NCBI RefSeq assembly: GCF_009914755.1
Contig: NC_060926.1
DNA: 64,000 nucleotides
Reading direction: 5' to 3' (one strand)
DNA from: the human T2T-CHM13v2.0 reference genome, Homo sapiens
How positions within the stretch are numbered: position 1 is the first letter of the stretch; the number at the start of each line of letters is the position of its first letter. The notes below the pieces were generated by a model. The model saw only the letters and a list, made by a program, of their open reading frames with translations. It had not been told where the DNA came from and did no database searches. Of the stretch, positions 1-16,233 are shown piece by piece. Both the position numbers and the translations under genes were made by a program.

Positions 1-2742
1 AACCCAAATATTAGTCTCTTGGCCTTTTGTTTATTGTTCTTATGAAAATTGCATAGCTTATCTGTGCTAAAAGGGTAGACTTTAAAATTTATTTTCTCCC
101 ATGAGGTTTATAAAACATGACTAAATGAAACTCATGTTTTAGCTTTTGGAATGGGAAACAAATTGGAATATTGGGATATAATTCTTTCCCATTTAATGAA
201 AGTATGACTAGACTTTTGACCTACACTGATTCAGGAAAGTGATATTAAGGCAAAATGTTTTAAGTAATTAGCTCTCTTTCTCAATTTGCGATTTTTTTTT
301 AAAAAAGAAGAAACTTTGAAAAATTAAAGACAGATACTAAATATTAACTATAAAAGGATTTCAGTATGAGGGATAATAAATGTTTGAAAGATTCCAAGAC
401 AGATAAAGTATAAGAATTGCATGGATAAGTAACTTTTAATTCATAATATAAGTGACATTTTCTTATTTACATTTACATGAAAGTCTAGTCATACTTGCTT
501 TAAATGAAATCTAATCGAGTACTTACAGATGAAGAACGCTAAGTGTAACTTTATATTTGGTCTTAGATGATTCATTAGAAAATCCTTGATTTATAGATAA
601 GCAAATTGTCTCTAAGAGACTGGAATATTTTTTAAAGCTCCCCAAATTTTTAGGGCCAAAACCAGAGTTTCAACATAGTTCTCTGGATTATTAGACATCA
701 TTAAATTAAACTTTTTTTTCTAAAATATACATAGTGGAAAGAGGCTTCCATGAATTGCAGTAAGGTCTTTGTGCTGGTGCTTGAAGAGAGACCTCATGCT
801 AGGAAATTCTTGCCTCCAGAAATTACCAATATATCATTTCCTGCAGTGACATATTAATTTGTCACTTTATTTGCCTTAATCAGTCCTACATGGATGGTCC
901 AGTAGGCCTGAACTCAGAATGTAGTTTATACCAGCTTTTAAAAGGCATTTCTTTACCCTATCAAGTAGCATACCTATTAATAGGCATCTAAAATCATACC
1001 AAATTTATTTTCCATAAACAGCACATCCCAGCTTCTCAGGCCCACATTCTAAACAAGTAGCAAGTAAGTAGACTCTAGGTATAACCATTCCATTATTTAC
1101 TATTGTCATGTCATCTTATAGAGAGATCTCTTAGACTCAACACAAAATATCCTTCTTTTTTATTTTTGTTGACCTTTCGACAGCCTTTGACTCCTGGCTT
1201 AGAAATCAGTTATAAGACAAAATGCAGTAGCTCAGTATTGATCCCCCTGTTACAGACGCTTATGCAGAAGCAGGAACTGAGGAGTAGAAGTATTCTCTTG
1301 TTGGATCAGAAAATATTTGCCAGTTCATTAAATAGGAATGTGTTCTGGACTTACTTTTGGATAAACAAGTTGCATTCATTTTTTTTCCCTCTCAGCCACG
1401 AAAAAGAAAAGACCCATATTCAGATGATATGAGTTTATTATCTGGAACTAGGAGTGACTTAGAGACTACTGGTTCTATTCTCTAATCACTGCCAGAAAAA
1501 AGAACATGGCTTCAGATCAACTATCCCAAAATCAAGGTGTTTATTTTTGGTAGACATTTCACCTAGTTTATAATTGACATCTCTATTAATCAAGTTTCCT
1601 CAAAGTAATTGTGACCTAGGATGCTCCTTTCTGGTGCAAAGGACATGACATTTAAATCCGGAGAATACCTCTGGATTAAGATGATTATGTGAGCAAACGT
1701 GTTTTCTTCTCATAATTTTACCCTTACCTTCTTTATGACTATCTAGTAGAGTAGAAGATTCATAAGCAAGATTAATTAGGATAGCTTATAGGAAATAGAG
1801 AAGTTATTATCTTTGTAAATATGAGTAATTTAAAAATTGTAATACAGTAATATTTTAAATTGCTTATACACATATTAATTTTATAACTTTCTGTTTAAGC
1901 AGAATATTCTTCTCCCCAGCCACTCTAGGTAATAGTAGTCTAAGTTGGGGAAAAACAGAGTTAAAATCTTTTGAAGGAAAACAAGGCCCAAAATAATGTT
2001 GAATATATACAAAAGAGAAGCTTGTAATTAAAAGTCAATGAAAATAAGCTTTGGAAAAAAAGTATAATTGCTAATAGTGCCACAAAAACAATACCATGCT
2101 TCTCACAAAAGAGAGAAGCAAATTCTACTGTAATCTCTGCTACTACATTTATGACTATTGAGGTAAGGCAATAAGGATTTATTTCTTTTGGGTTCTCCAT
2201 CAGTAAAACTGAAATGATAATATTCCCATGTTTACTTAATAAAATACCAGGAAAATAGTAAGCTGCTTATTTAAGAGCCTTATTTAAGGTTTAACAATAA
2301 TAAATACAATTCAAACTTAAGCTCCGATGGACATATCAGAGGATTCCTTTGGAGTTTTCTTATTTAAGACTTTGAGCACATGGAAGCAATTTTTTTTAGG
2401 AGATATTTTAATGAGAATATTTCTTGCCTGGAAAAAAAATGAAGGTAAATTTAAAGCTGAGAAATTATATATTTGTCTAGATATTTGAGAGTAAATCTAT
2501 TTTTCATATTCCACCCAAAAGAAAAGAATAAAAGTTCTTATATAAGCAAATACTGTTAAAAAGCAAGTGGAGTGCATTATATTAAATATGAGTAAGCCTG
2601 TTTCAGGATTGACCTCGCCAGATTATTGGATCATCTTGATGTAAACATTATGCAACCGATGTGTTTCTTAACTTTATAGTTTTAGAAATTAGATTTTTAT
2701 TAGGTCATCCAGGAGATATCAAGTCCTATAAAACTGAGTCTT

Positions 2743-3094
<352 letters not shown>

Positions 3095-3842
3095 TTAGCC
3101 TGAAATTCATAGTACTTCCTAAAATATTTATAACTTCCTTTAGTTTTCATCTATTTAACAGGCATATCTTGAGTTCCCACTAATTACCAGGCACTCAACT
3201 AGGAATTGGAAATACTTAGAAGACATCATTTCTGCCATTTGAGTGAGGATACTAAATGCAAACAATTTATTATAATTATTTATTGTTATGGATACATACA
3301 TAAAATGTAGTAGGAAGATAGGGGAAAGATCTAAATCAATGACTTAGTATAACTAGGCCCTTTGTTACGAGCTCAATGACCCATTTCCCCATTTTCCAGA
3401 AAGAATATGCATGAATTTTAACCAATAACATTATACTAAGTTCCATGTACTCATATGTTTGCATTGTATAAGTTTTTAAACCAGTTATTTTAGGATTAAG
3501 ATTGCATCTATTAAATCTTTTTCAGCCTCCATTTAGAAAGGGAGCATGAGAAGCACTGAAAAGTAAGGCACTGTGATCTACACGGAAACCATATATTGGG
3601 CTCACAGCTACTGAATGAGACCGACTGGTGGAGACAGTTTAGTGAACCTGGTAACTTCAGGGTTTTCTTACTTTTAACTGTGAGACAGAATCGGTTAATT
3701 GGTGATTTATAGTGAAAAAATACATTTAAAAATTGTTTCATCTCCTTACAAGATATCTATTTGAAAAACTTAGTCCTGCAATTCAATAGGAAGAAAAGGC
3801 TTTATTACAGTATGATAAAAGTATGCCTCTTAAAGGCAAATC

Positions 3843-4140
3843 GGTCAGATGTGTTGGCTCATGCCTGTTATCCCAGCACTTTGAGAAGCTGAGGTGGGCG
3901 GATCACTTGAGCTCAGAAATTTGAGACCAGCCCGGGAAACATGGTGAAACCCTGTCTCTATTAAAAATACAAAAAATTAGGCATGCGTGGTGGCACTGTG
4001 GTCCCAGCTACTGGGGCGGCTGAGGTGGGAGGATTGCTTGAGCCGTGGGGTGGAGGTTGCAGTGAACTATGATTGCATCACTGTACTCCAGCCTGGGCAA
4101 CAGAGCCAGACTCTGTCTCAAATAAATAAATAAGTAAGTT
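3843..4140 (+). mobile_element. Alu (older, AluJ-like)
   Basis: Dimeric Alu with 'ggattgcttgagcc'; ttaaaggcaaat repeated on both flanks. Confidence 0.9.
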
Positions 4141-4698
4141 AATTAATTAAAGGCAAATAAAATTTATTTATAATTTATTTAGAATATTGGTACTTGAAAA
4201 TAAATTTTTTTCAGTGATTCAATCTACCATAAATTTTTAATAATGCTTCAGTTAAGAATTATTTTATTTAGTCATTTTCAAATATATTCAATCTGATATT
4301 TTAGAGGAATGCTATTAGTTCTCAGATGGGCAGATTTTTGGAATATACAAAATATGGAAAAACTTTCATAGGCTAAAAAAGAATAAAAATAAAACTTACA
4401 TTCCTTGAGTGCACAATATTTGCCAGATATTCTAATGCTAGCAGGCATTTCCAGTTTGGGAGCTACTATAAATACAGATGCTATGGATAGTCTTATCTCT
4501 TGGAGTACATGTGCATGATTTTTGTTGGTTATACATCTAAGAATGATCATTTCTAAGTCACATCATAGGTATGTATTAGCTTTAGGTGATAATACTAAAC
4601 ATTTCCCAAAGTGGTTGTCTCAAGTTTTCCTCTCATTTACAGTATAAAAGAATCCCAGAAGCATTTACTTCATCTTATAAGAACCAGAACCCTGATTA

Positions 4699-6640
<1,942 letters not shown>

Positions 6641-6648
6641 AAATATAG

Positions 6649-8931
6649 GGTATTAGTTTGTTTTCACACTGCTGATAAAGACATACCCAAGACAGGACAA
6701 TTGACAAAAGAAACAGGTTTATTGGACTTACAGTTGCATGTGACTGGGAAGGCCTTACAATTATAGCGAAAGGTGAAAGGCACGTCTCACATTGTGGCAG
6801 ACAAGAGAAAAGAGAGCTTGGGTAGGGAAACTCCCCTTTTTAAAACCATCAGATCTCGTGAGACTTACCACGAGAACAGCACAGGAAAGACCTGCCCCCA
6901 TGTTTCAGTTACCTCTCACTGGGTCCCTCCCACAACACGTGGGAATTCAAGATGAAATTTGGGTAGAGACACAGCTAAACCATATCATTCTGCCCCGGCC
7001 CCTCCAAAATCTCATGTTCTCATATTTCAAAACCAATCATGCCTTCCCAACAGTCCCCTGGAGTCTTAACTCATTTCAGCATTAATTCAGAAGTCCACAG
7101 CCAAAATGAGACTCTGAGACAAGGCAAGTCCCTTCTGCCTATGAGCGTGTAAAATCAAAAGCAAGTTAGTTACTTCCTAGATACAATGAGGGTAAAGGCA
7201 CTGGGTAAATACAGCTGTTCCAAATTGGAGAAATTGGCTGAAACAAAGGGGCTACCGGCCCCATGCAAGCCCAAAATCCAGCGGGGCAGTCAAATCTTAA
7301 AGCTCCAAAATGAACTCCTTTGACTCCACGTCTCACATCCAGGTCATGCTAATGCAAGAAGTGAGTTCCCATGGTCTTAGGCAGCTCCACCCCTGTGGTT
7401 TTGCAGGGTACATCCTCCCTCCTGGCTGCTTTCATGGGCTGGCGTTCAGTGTATGTGGCTTTTCCAGGTGCACGGTGCTAGCTGTCAGTGGATCTACTAT
7501 TATGGTGTCTGGAGGATGGTGGCCCTCTTCTCACGGCTCCACCAGGTGGTGCCCCAGTAGGAAATCTGTGTGAGGGCTCCAACCCCACATTTCCCTTCCA
7601 CGCTTCTCTAGCAGAGGTTCTCCATGAGGGCCCTGCCCCTGCAGCAAACTTCTGCCTGGACATTCAGGTGTTTCCATTATATCTTCTGAAATCTAGGCAG
7701 AGGTTCTCAAACCTCAATTCTTAACGTCTTTGCACCCATGGGCTCAACACCCTGTGGAAGCTGCCAAGGCTTGGGGCTTCCACCTTCTGAAGCAACAGCC
7801 CCAGCTATACCTTAGCCCCTTTTAGTCATGGCTGCAGTGGCTGGAACGCAGGGCACCAAGTCTCTAGACCACACACAGCATGGGTAGCCTGGGCCTGCCC
7901 CACAAAACTATGTTTTCCTCCTAGGCCTCTGGGCCTGTGATGGGAGGGCCTGCTGTGAGGACCTCTGACATGCCCTGGAGACATTCCACCCCCACCCCCC
8001 CACCGCCCTCCCCACTCTGTTGTCTTGGGGATTAACATTTGGCTCCTCATTACTTATACAAATTTCTGCAGCTGGCTTGAATTTCTCCTCAGAAAATGGA
8101 ATTCTCTTTTCTATCGCATTGTCAGGCTGCAAATTTTCTGAACTTTTATGCTCTGCTTCCCTCATAAAACTGAATGCCTTTAACAGCACCCAAGTCACCT
8201 CTTGAATGCTTTGCTGCTTAGAAACTTCTTCCACCAGATATCCTAAATCATCTCTTTCAAGTTCAAAGTTCCATAGATCTCTAGGGCAGGGGCAAAATGT
8301 CACCAGTCTCTTTGCTAAAACATAACAAGAGTCACTTTTGCTCCAGTTCCCAACAAGTTCCTCATCTCCATCTGAGACATCTGAGCCTGGATTTCATTGT
8401 CCATATCATTATCAGGATTTTGGGTCCAAGCCATTCAACAAGTCTCTAGGAGTTCCAAACTTTCTCACATTTTCCTATCTTCTTCTGAGCCCTCCAAACT
8501 GTTCCAAACTCTGCCTGTTACCCAGTTCCAAAGTTGCTTCCACATTTTCAGGTATCTTTTCAGCAGTGCCCCATTCTACTGGTACCAGTTTACTGTGTTA
8601 GTCCATTTATGCTGCTGATAAACACATATGCGAGATTGGGTAATTTACAAAAGGATGAGGTTTATTGGACTTGCAGTTCCATGTGACTGGGAAGGCCTCA
8701 CAATGATGGCAGAAGGTGAAAGGCATATCTCACATGATAGCAGACAAGAGAAAAGAGAGCTTGTCCAGGGAAACTTTCAAGACTATCAGATCTCATGAGA
8801 CTTATTCACTGTCAGGAGAACAGCACAGGAAAGACCTGCCCCCATGATTCAATTACCTCCCACCGAGTCCCTTCCACAACACATGAGAATTCAAGATGAG
8901 ATTTGGGTGGGGTCACAGCCAAACCATATCA
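6649..8931 (-). mobile_element. Full-length THE1 (MaLR, THE1B-like): LTR 8594-8931, internal 6988-8593, LTR 6649-6987
   Basis: Two similar ~340-bp LTRs ending ...aaaccatatca on +, MaLR internal region between them, 5-bp TSD TATAG at 6644-6648 and 8932-8936. Confidence 0.93.
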
Positions 8932-9545
8932 TATAGCATTCCTGTATAGTCTTTTGTATCCTGCAGCTCAAGCTGGTGAGGTGGTCTGAATGTGAGGGAC
9001 TATCTCACTAAGAGCATGAGGCACTCTGATAAAGATACGGAAGATTAGGGCCTGACCTTCTCAGTTTCACTGATAACAGAGTAACTAACACTTGCTGTGA
9101 TTTACAAGATAGAGAAAAGGTCCAAAATTTGACATTAGAGAATTAGGTAGCCAGGCTTCTTATGAACAAATAACAGGGAAGCCAAGTTGGATATTTGCAT
9201 TTCCTATTCCACCACATTTTAGGAGAAGATGTTTAAGCATTATGAAATATGATCAGCTACTCCCTCAGTGAGGTAATATGCATTTGCCTTTGGGGACTCG
9301 GGTTAGCATGACTCCACATGGTAACACTGATTAGGCTTAGCTGGTTTGGGCTTAAGATACAGCATATTAGCTGGATGCTTTAAGAGTAGAACAAATGGCT
9401 TTAAGTGGCAAGACTTATCAGATGTGATTCTGTGGGAGAAGTATTAATAGCCTTAAACTGGTACAGGTTGTTTTGAAATTAAGCCTGCCAAGACACTTGT
9501 TTGTCCTTGAAGATGAGAACATAAGATAAGAGCTGTTAAAATGTA

Positions 9546-9599
9546 TTTTTGCCATTAAAAGTAATGGCAAAAACAGCAATTACTTCTGCACGAACCTAA
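9546..9599. mobile_element. MADE1 (Hsmar1 MITE), partial
   Basis: tttttgccattaaaagtaatggcaaaaacagcaattacttctgcacgaacctaa matches the MADE1 centre plus one terminal inverted repeat. Confidence 0.85.
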
Positions 9600-9903
9600 T
9601 GTAACAAAAATACCACAGGTTGGGTGGGCTTAAACAATGGAAACTTATGTCCCAGTTCTGCAGGATGGGAAGTCGAGATCATGGGCGACAGCACAATTAG
9701 GTTCTGGTGAGGGCTGTCAAGGAGCCAGGGCAAGCAGGCTCTCGGGTTTCTGTTTTTATAGGGGCACTAATTCCATCCTGAGGGCTTCACCCTCGTGACC
9801 TAATTACTTCCCAAAGGCCCCATCTCTAAATATGATCACATTGGGGATTAGGGTTTCAACATATGAATTTGGGAGCAGGGGGGAACACACTTAGGCCATC
9901 ATA
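9600..9903 (-). mobile_element. MLT1A-like MaLR LTR
   Basis: taacaaaaataccacagg...cacattggggattagggtttcaacatatgaatttggg motifs. Confidence 0.75.
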
Positions 9904-12249
9904 GACTTACAAGGCTGAATCCTAGCTGAGTTATTTGTTATTATCAGATGTGGTACAGATTTTCTCCATCAGTGGCATATTGCCAGGACCATCAACTTTG
10001 GAACTGGGAAGAGACATACTTAGCTCTCTGAACTGTTTCTTCATCTTTATATATGCATATATTATTACCTGTTTTTCATGGTTTCAGGTTTTTACTGTTG
10101 GGGATTCAATCCCAGCAATGTTAGTTTCCTTATGTTTCTGTCTCCTCACCCGCTGCCTCCCATCCCCCATCCCCAACCAGGACCCAAAGATGGACTATGT
10201 CATATTGATGGGTTTTAATTTTGCTCTTAGAAAAGAGAAGATAACTGATATTAACCGTAGAAATTCCTATGAAGCTTTTTTTTAATGAGACAGCAGCCTA
10301 ATTGTTCACATGTAATCTCAAATTGGGATGATGTATTGTGGTAAAGAGGTTAGATTCACTATTTTCTTATCACTTTTTGTAAATTAGATGTGCAGAGTCA
10401 CACTCAGTTCTTAGATCAGGCTGGTTGGGAGTCTGGAATGTTGATAAGAGACTGTGTACATTGAACTTCCTTGTACATAAAAACTGGATAGTCTTAGATC
10501 AGATAAAGTAGCAATGTCTCAAGAATTGAACTCTCTGGAACTGAGCTAACCACTCTCTTGGGAAATAAAATTTTAATTTAACTATCTGATGGGTTCCCAG
10601 GAACTGTCTTTAATTGGTGGCTAGTCCTTTAAATTGAGATGGTAATTTAGTTCAAAACCAGGAAGTATATTTGGGTTCTTAGAAAGACCTCTAGGAAGCC
10701 AATCAAACAAGCACTTTTCTCCTTTCATATAGAGCATGGGTTATCCATAAATTGCCTCTTGTAACTATAATTCCAATTCTTTATTACAAAATGCAAGTAA
10801 AATAGAAAAAAAGTTAAAAAAAAAACAAACAGTGCAATTCTCATACTATTTAAAATATTTTACTGAAGGTGAAGGAAGGCCTGAAAATGAAGCCAAAAGA
10901 GGTAGGAAAACTGCACTAGTAGCTAATTCCCACCTAACAACCCCTTAAAATGATCATGGTTTTCTTAGAGGTCCTCCAAAACTATTCTATTCAACTTTTC
11001 AAAATGAAAATCATTTTATTGGACTTTTTTTCTGACTACAAGTATAATCAATCTGCATTGTAAAGTTTTTTTATAAGTTCAAAAAAATACAAGCCTTTCT
11101 CTAAAATTCTTAGTTCTCTCAGTCTCAGCTAATAACCTTACCTTGCTTTACTGAGCACTGACGTGATTCCATTTTTCTTCAACTCTACTCAATAAATATA
11201 TAATTGGTGGATATTTATTTCTCTTTTTTTGGCCAGAAAAAATTTCATATTACTCAAAATACTTAAATTCAATGGACAGTGTTTCCATTAAGTTTTAAGA
11301 GCTTCAGATCTTGGTAGTTAGTGGCAAGAATACCCACAAATAGACTAAGTTTATGGGGGGAAAATAACTTGCTGGGGAAAACAAAACATTTTCTTTGAAT
11401 TCTTTGTTATTGTCTCAGGCATTACGGTAGGCCAGGTCAATATACTTTTTCATCTGGATTTCTGTGGCATGATTGGTTCATGCCACTGATCTCTACCCAC
11501 ATGTTCAGAGTTGCCAAATTTACCCTAGATCTATTCAAGAACAATTTTTACATCATTTTTACAATTTAAGAATTTTCAACGGGTGTCTGTTCCTTATCTT
11601 AACAAATCACCCTAGCTTGGCACCAGCAGGTTGAACATGCCTTGCTAGTTATTCTCTCATAGACTCATTTTTTTCCCATCCATATGTATTCTATCTGCTC
11701 CATGCTCATTGCCACGCCTGTTCTTTGGCATAGGCTATATGCACTCATTCCCTTCTTTCAACAATTTAAATGGTAGGATTGTCTCATGGTTCAGATCCAA
11801 ACTTACCCACTTTTCATTGACCTCCTGTTATTTGCATTTTACAGTATTTTCTGTCCTCTCCCACTATTATGCATTTACTAGTTTGTTTACTTATAGCTAT
11901 ACTTTAGTTATTTTATAACTATCTTATCTCTGTGGCTGGCTCTATGTTGGAATTGCCAATGTAATATGAAATATAACATCCATGGTATAGATCGTTGTCC
12001 AGAAACACAGAAAACCTAGAAAATATCATTGTTCTGAATACTTTATCACCCTATTCAAGCCAAATATTCTACCATCAGAAGTCCACCAGTTTTGTTGACA
12101 ACCCATCATTTTTTCAAATCTCCATACCTTTACAATGGATACTGCTCATGACAATTAAGGGATTAGGAATTAGATAGGAGGTTTGCTGCCCAGAACTAGG
12201 GCCAGATTTAGCAGGCCATTCTGAGGACACCTGAGATGTTGGAAAGCAA

Positions 12250-12795
<546 letters not shown>

Positions 12796-13306
12796 TTAGA
12801 GTTAATTCTCTACTACATCTGATGAGGTTAGCAGTTAAGTGAAATATCACAAACCATAAAATATTCGTACATAGATAGTTTCTTATGTTGAATTATCTGG
12901 AATTCATGAGTACCAATTCATTCAACATTTGGCAGTTGGTTTGCTCTCTAAGAAAAAATGTTCAAAAGATTGAAAGCTGCCTCCTTAGCCAAGGACCACA
13001 GCAGAACTCACTCTGTCCTCATAGAGGGCATACACTGTAAGACGTCAAGATAATGCCTGTAGTACTGGGGTGAATGTAGTTCAAATGCCAAGTGCACATG
13101 AATTTATATTGTGAAACAACTCCTAAAATGATAGAATCTTGGCTTTGAGAAATTTTATTCTTTGTAAAAATCTCCCTCATAGCTTCCCAGATAGATCATC
13201 TGACTTCTGGTTGAAAGGGAAGCTCACCATTTCACAAACCAGACCATCGTCTTCTAAGTTATAACCAATAGACAGTCCTCTCTTAATTAAATCCAGAACT
13301 CCCTGC

Positions 13307-13897
13307 TGGAGGATACAGTAAATTCCTCTTCAAAGTTTAGCCTGTTAACTTCCTTTAAAATTCAAGATCGAGAAAATTGTTAAGTACAGTGAGTTCTGAG
13401 TTTCTCTCCAAAGAACCAATATGTCAGTATGTTCAGCTTCCCTGTTCTTTGTTCTCCATCTTAAAGTCTGACTTTCTTGTTCTTTACGTCTTCTTGCCCC
13501 TAGTTTCAGTAAACAACCCCCTCCTAGCTTCTGTCACCTGCTCTGTCCTTAGTCACCTGCTCTGTCCTTAGTCATCCTTAGTCACCTGCTCTGTAACCAT
13601 CCCTCCCACCAAAACTACTCACCCTGCCACTCCGGCTCCTACCTTTGCTCTCTTTAAAATAGCCCAGTCAGAATTAGCTTAGACTGTGTGGTCCAACCCT
13701 AGCCAATAGGGGAAAAACATAGCAGTAGGGACTAGCTGCATTAGGAATAAGACCCCCTTCCCCCACCGTGTCTGGTGTGCTCTCGCCATTGCTCCATCCA
13801 CAAAACACACCCTTCTATAGAAGTAAATTGCCTTGCTGAGAAAACTTTTGCCTGAGGGCTGTTTTCACTTGGTGGCACTGAGCATTTACTTCCAACA
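13307..13897 (+). mobile_element. Solo ERV1 LTR, LTR10 family (HERV-I group)
   Basis: TG...CA ends, 4-bp TSD CTGC (13303-06 and 13898-901), 'aatatgtcagtatgttca' motif, CCAAT box, AGTAAA poly(A) variant, internal tandem repeat. Confidence 0.8.
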
Positions 13898-15394
13898 CTG
13901 CCATGACTTCTTCCTGCTGGTTCTCGTACTGCCCATCAGAGCAACGCAGATTAAATACAGTCCCTTGTCCATATGAATACCCCTCAGATTTCTCTTCTCA
14001 TTCTCCTTAACTTCTTCAGGATAAATATTCTAATGTCTTCAGTTATGTGGCTATGCCCCCTTTCAAGGTATATTAGTCAAATATTTAATTTAAAAATCAT
14101 GAGCTAATAAATATGTGAAAGTCCATAATTCCAGGGAGAAGCTAAACTATGTTGATCAAATTGGGACAGATTGTTTTTAACACCCAAGGCAGTGAAACAA
14201 TGGAAAGTGACTCATACTGAAAGACACATATGCCCTAAGTAAAAAAAACAGAACATACAATATAATATGAAATTTGAAATAGCAAATTTTGGACCAATGG
14301 TTATTGCAGTATTTATATGACTTTTAACAATGTCTTATACTCACATTTGTAAGCAAATAAAAGTTGGCCCCATCTTGATGCCAAAAATGGTTATCAAAAT
14401 AAATGCAGGTGAAGACTTATAGAAGCTTGGATTCATGGGCCCAAGCAGTAATGTTCTGCTCTGTTTAAACTGAGATGAAATTATATAAAGCACCAAAGCA
14501 AAGAATCATGCTCAACTCCACAAACATTTCATGCCTTCCTTGTGTCAGGTGTTGGAAATAAGCACATAAGATACATAGATTACATAGAGTACATAGAGTA
14601 CATAGTTCCTATCCTCAAGATGCTCAGAATTTGGTGGTGGGGGTAGGGGTGGTAGAATAAATATAGGTAACCATAAAAGACAACAACAACAAAATCAGAC
14701 GCTTATTTATTTCCAGGCACGTCTACCTCTTTGGGGATTGTTAAATCTACTTATACCATAGAAATATAGTGTCTATTAATGATGCTTTAAAGACTTCAAA
14801 ATGTACTTAAGTTCAGCGTAAAGATCTTTTGACAGATCTTGTATAGGAAGATGAGGCTTGTTTACGGACAGATGCACATCAGTAAACTTAAAGACCAAAC
14901 TCAACACAAAAAGGAATGCAGAACAACTTTAAGAACCAAACAAGTGAGAAGAAATAGACTGATGGTATAGTTGACAGCTTATATAGTTGTAAATATAATG
15001 AACAGAACTGGATTATACATTACACGGTCAGGAGATACTATTCCACAATAGTCTCATGCTCTGCATTAAACTCTTATTTGGAACTATTCCCTAGTTTGGG
15101 TTGCCAGACATTTAGTTACACCTGGAGAACCAGAATGGGTCTAGAGCAGCCTAACAAAATGTGAGTAAAGGAAATTCTGTGAGAAAAACTAAAGAATTTT
15201 TTTCTTCAGGAGTGAGAAGCTTGGAGGGGCTATTTGATTTTTGTCTTCCACATAAGGAAGATAATGTCAATCACTTCTCACTTCAGTGACATAATGAGTA
15301 AGACTACAATGGCCTACAGTACCATTTGGAAAATTTAATTCATAAGAGCTTTTAAGCATATCATGATATATATTAAAATATTATAATGGCAAAC

Positions 15395-15720
15395 TGCCAT
15401 GGTTTGAATGTTCCCTCCAAAATTCAGATGTTGCCGATGTGATAGGATTAAGAGGTAGGGCCTTTAAGAGGTGATTAGGCCTTTGGAGCTGTTCCCTTGT
15501 CAATGGGATTAAAACCCCTTTAAACGAGGCTTCTTGTGGCATTTAGCTAGGGTTCCCCACCTCTGGAGGATCCAGCCCTCACCAGAAAACCTACCAAACC
15601 TGCTTGTGCCATGATCTTGGTCTTCCCATCCTCCAGAGCAGTGAGAAAACACATTTCTGTTCTTTAAAAATTATCTTGTCTTAGGTATTCTGTCACAGTA
15701 GCACAGAATGGGCTAGAACA
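15395..15720 (+). mobile_element. MST-family MaLR solo LTR
   Basis: tgccatggtttgaatg...ggcctttaagaggtgattagg...gtagcacagaatgggctagaaca. Confidence 0.8.
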
Positions 15721-15876
15721 GCAACTCTGCTGGTAGGTTTACATTTTCACTTGTTTGGCTATATAGGTAATCTAATGATTTGCAATTTGATTCTGGGAAA
15801 ATGGTAAACAAGAAGAGGTCTTTCCCACAGTGTCATTAAGGTTCACAACAAGGTTTTAAAGCCTGCTTGGGCATAG

Positions 15877-16233
<357 letters not shown>

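Noticed and set aside
6773-8618. ORFs inside THE1
   Set aside because: Fragments of the decayed MaLR internal ORF and antisense frames.
14565-14605. (tacatagag)n short repeat, and similar tiny duplications at ~37444 and ~54672
   Set aside because: Ordinary slippage products with no functional context.
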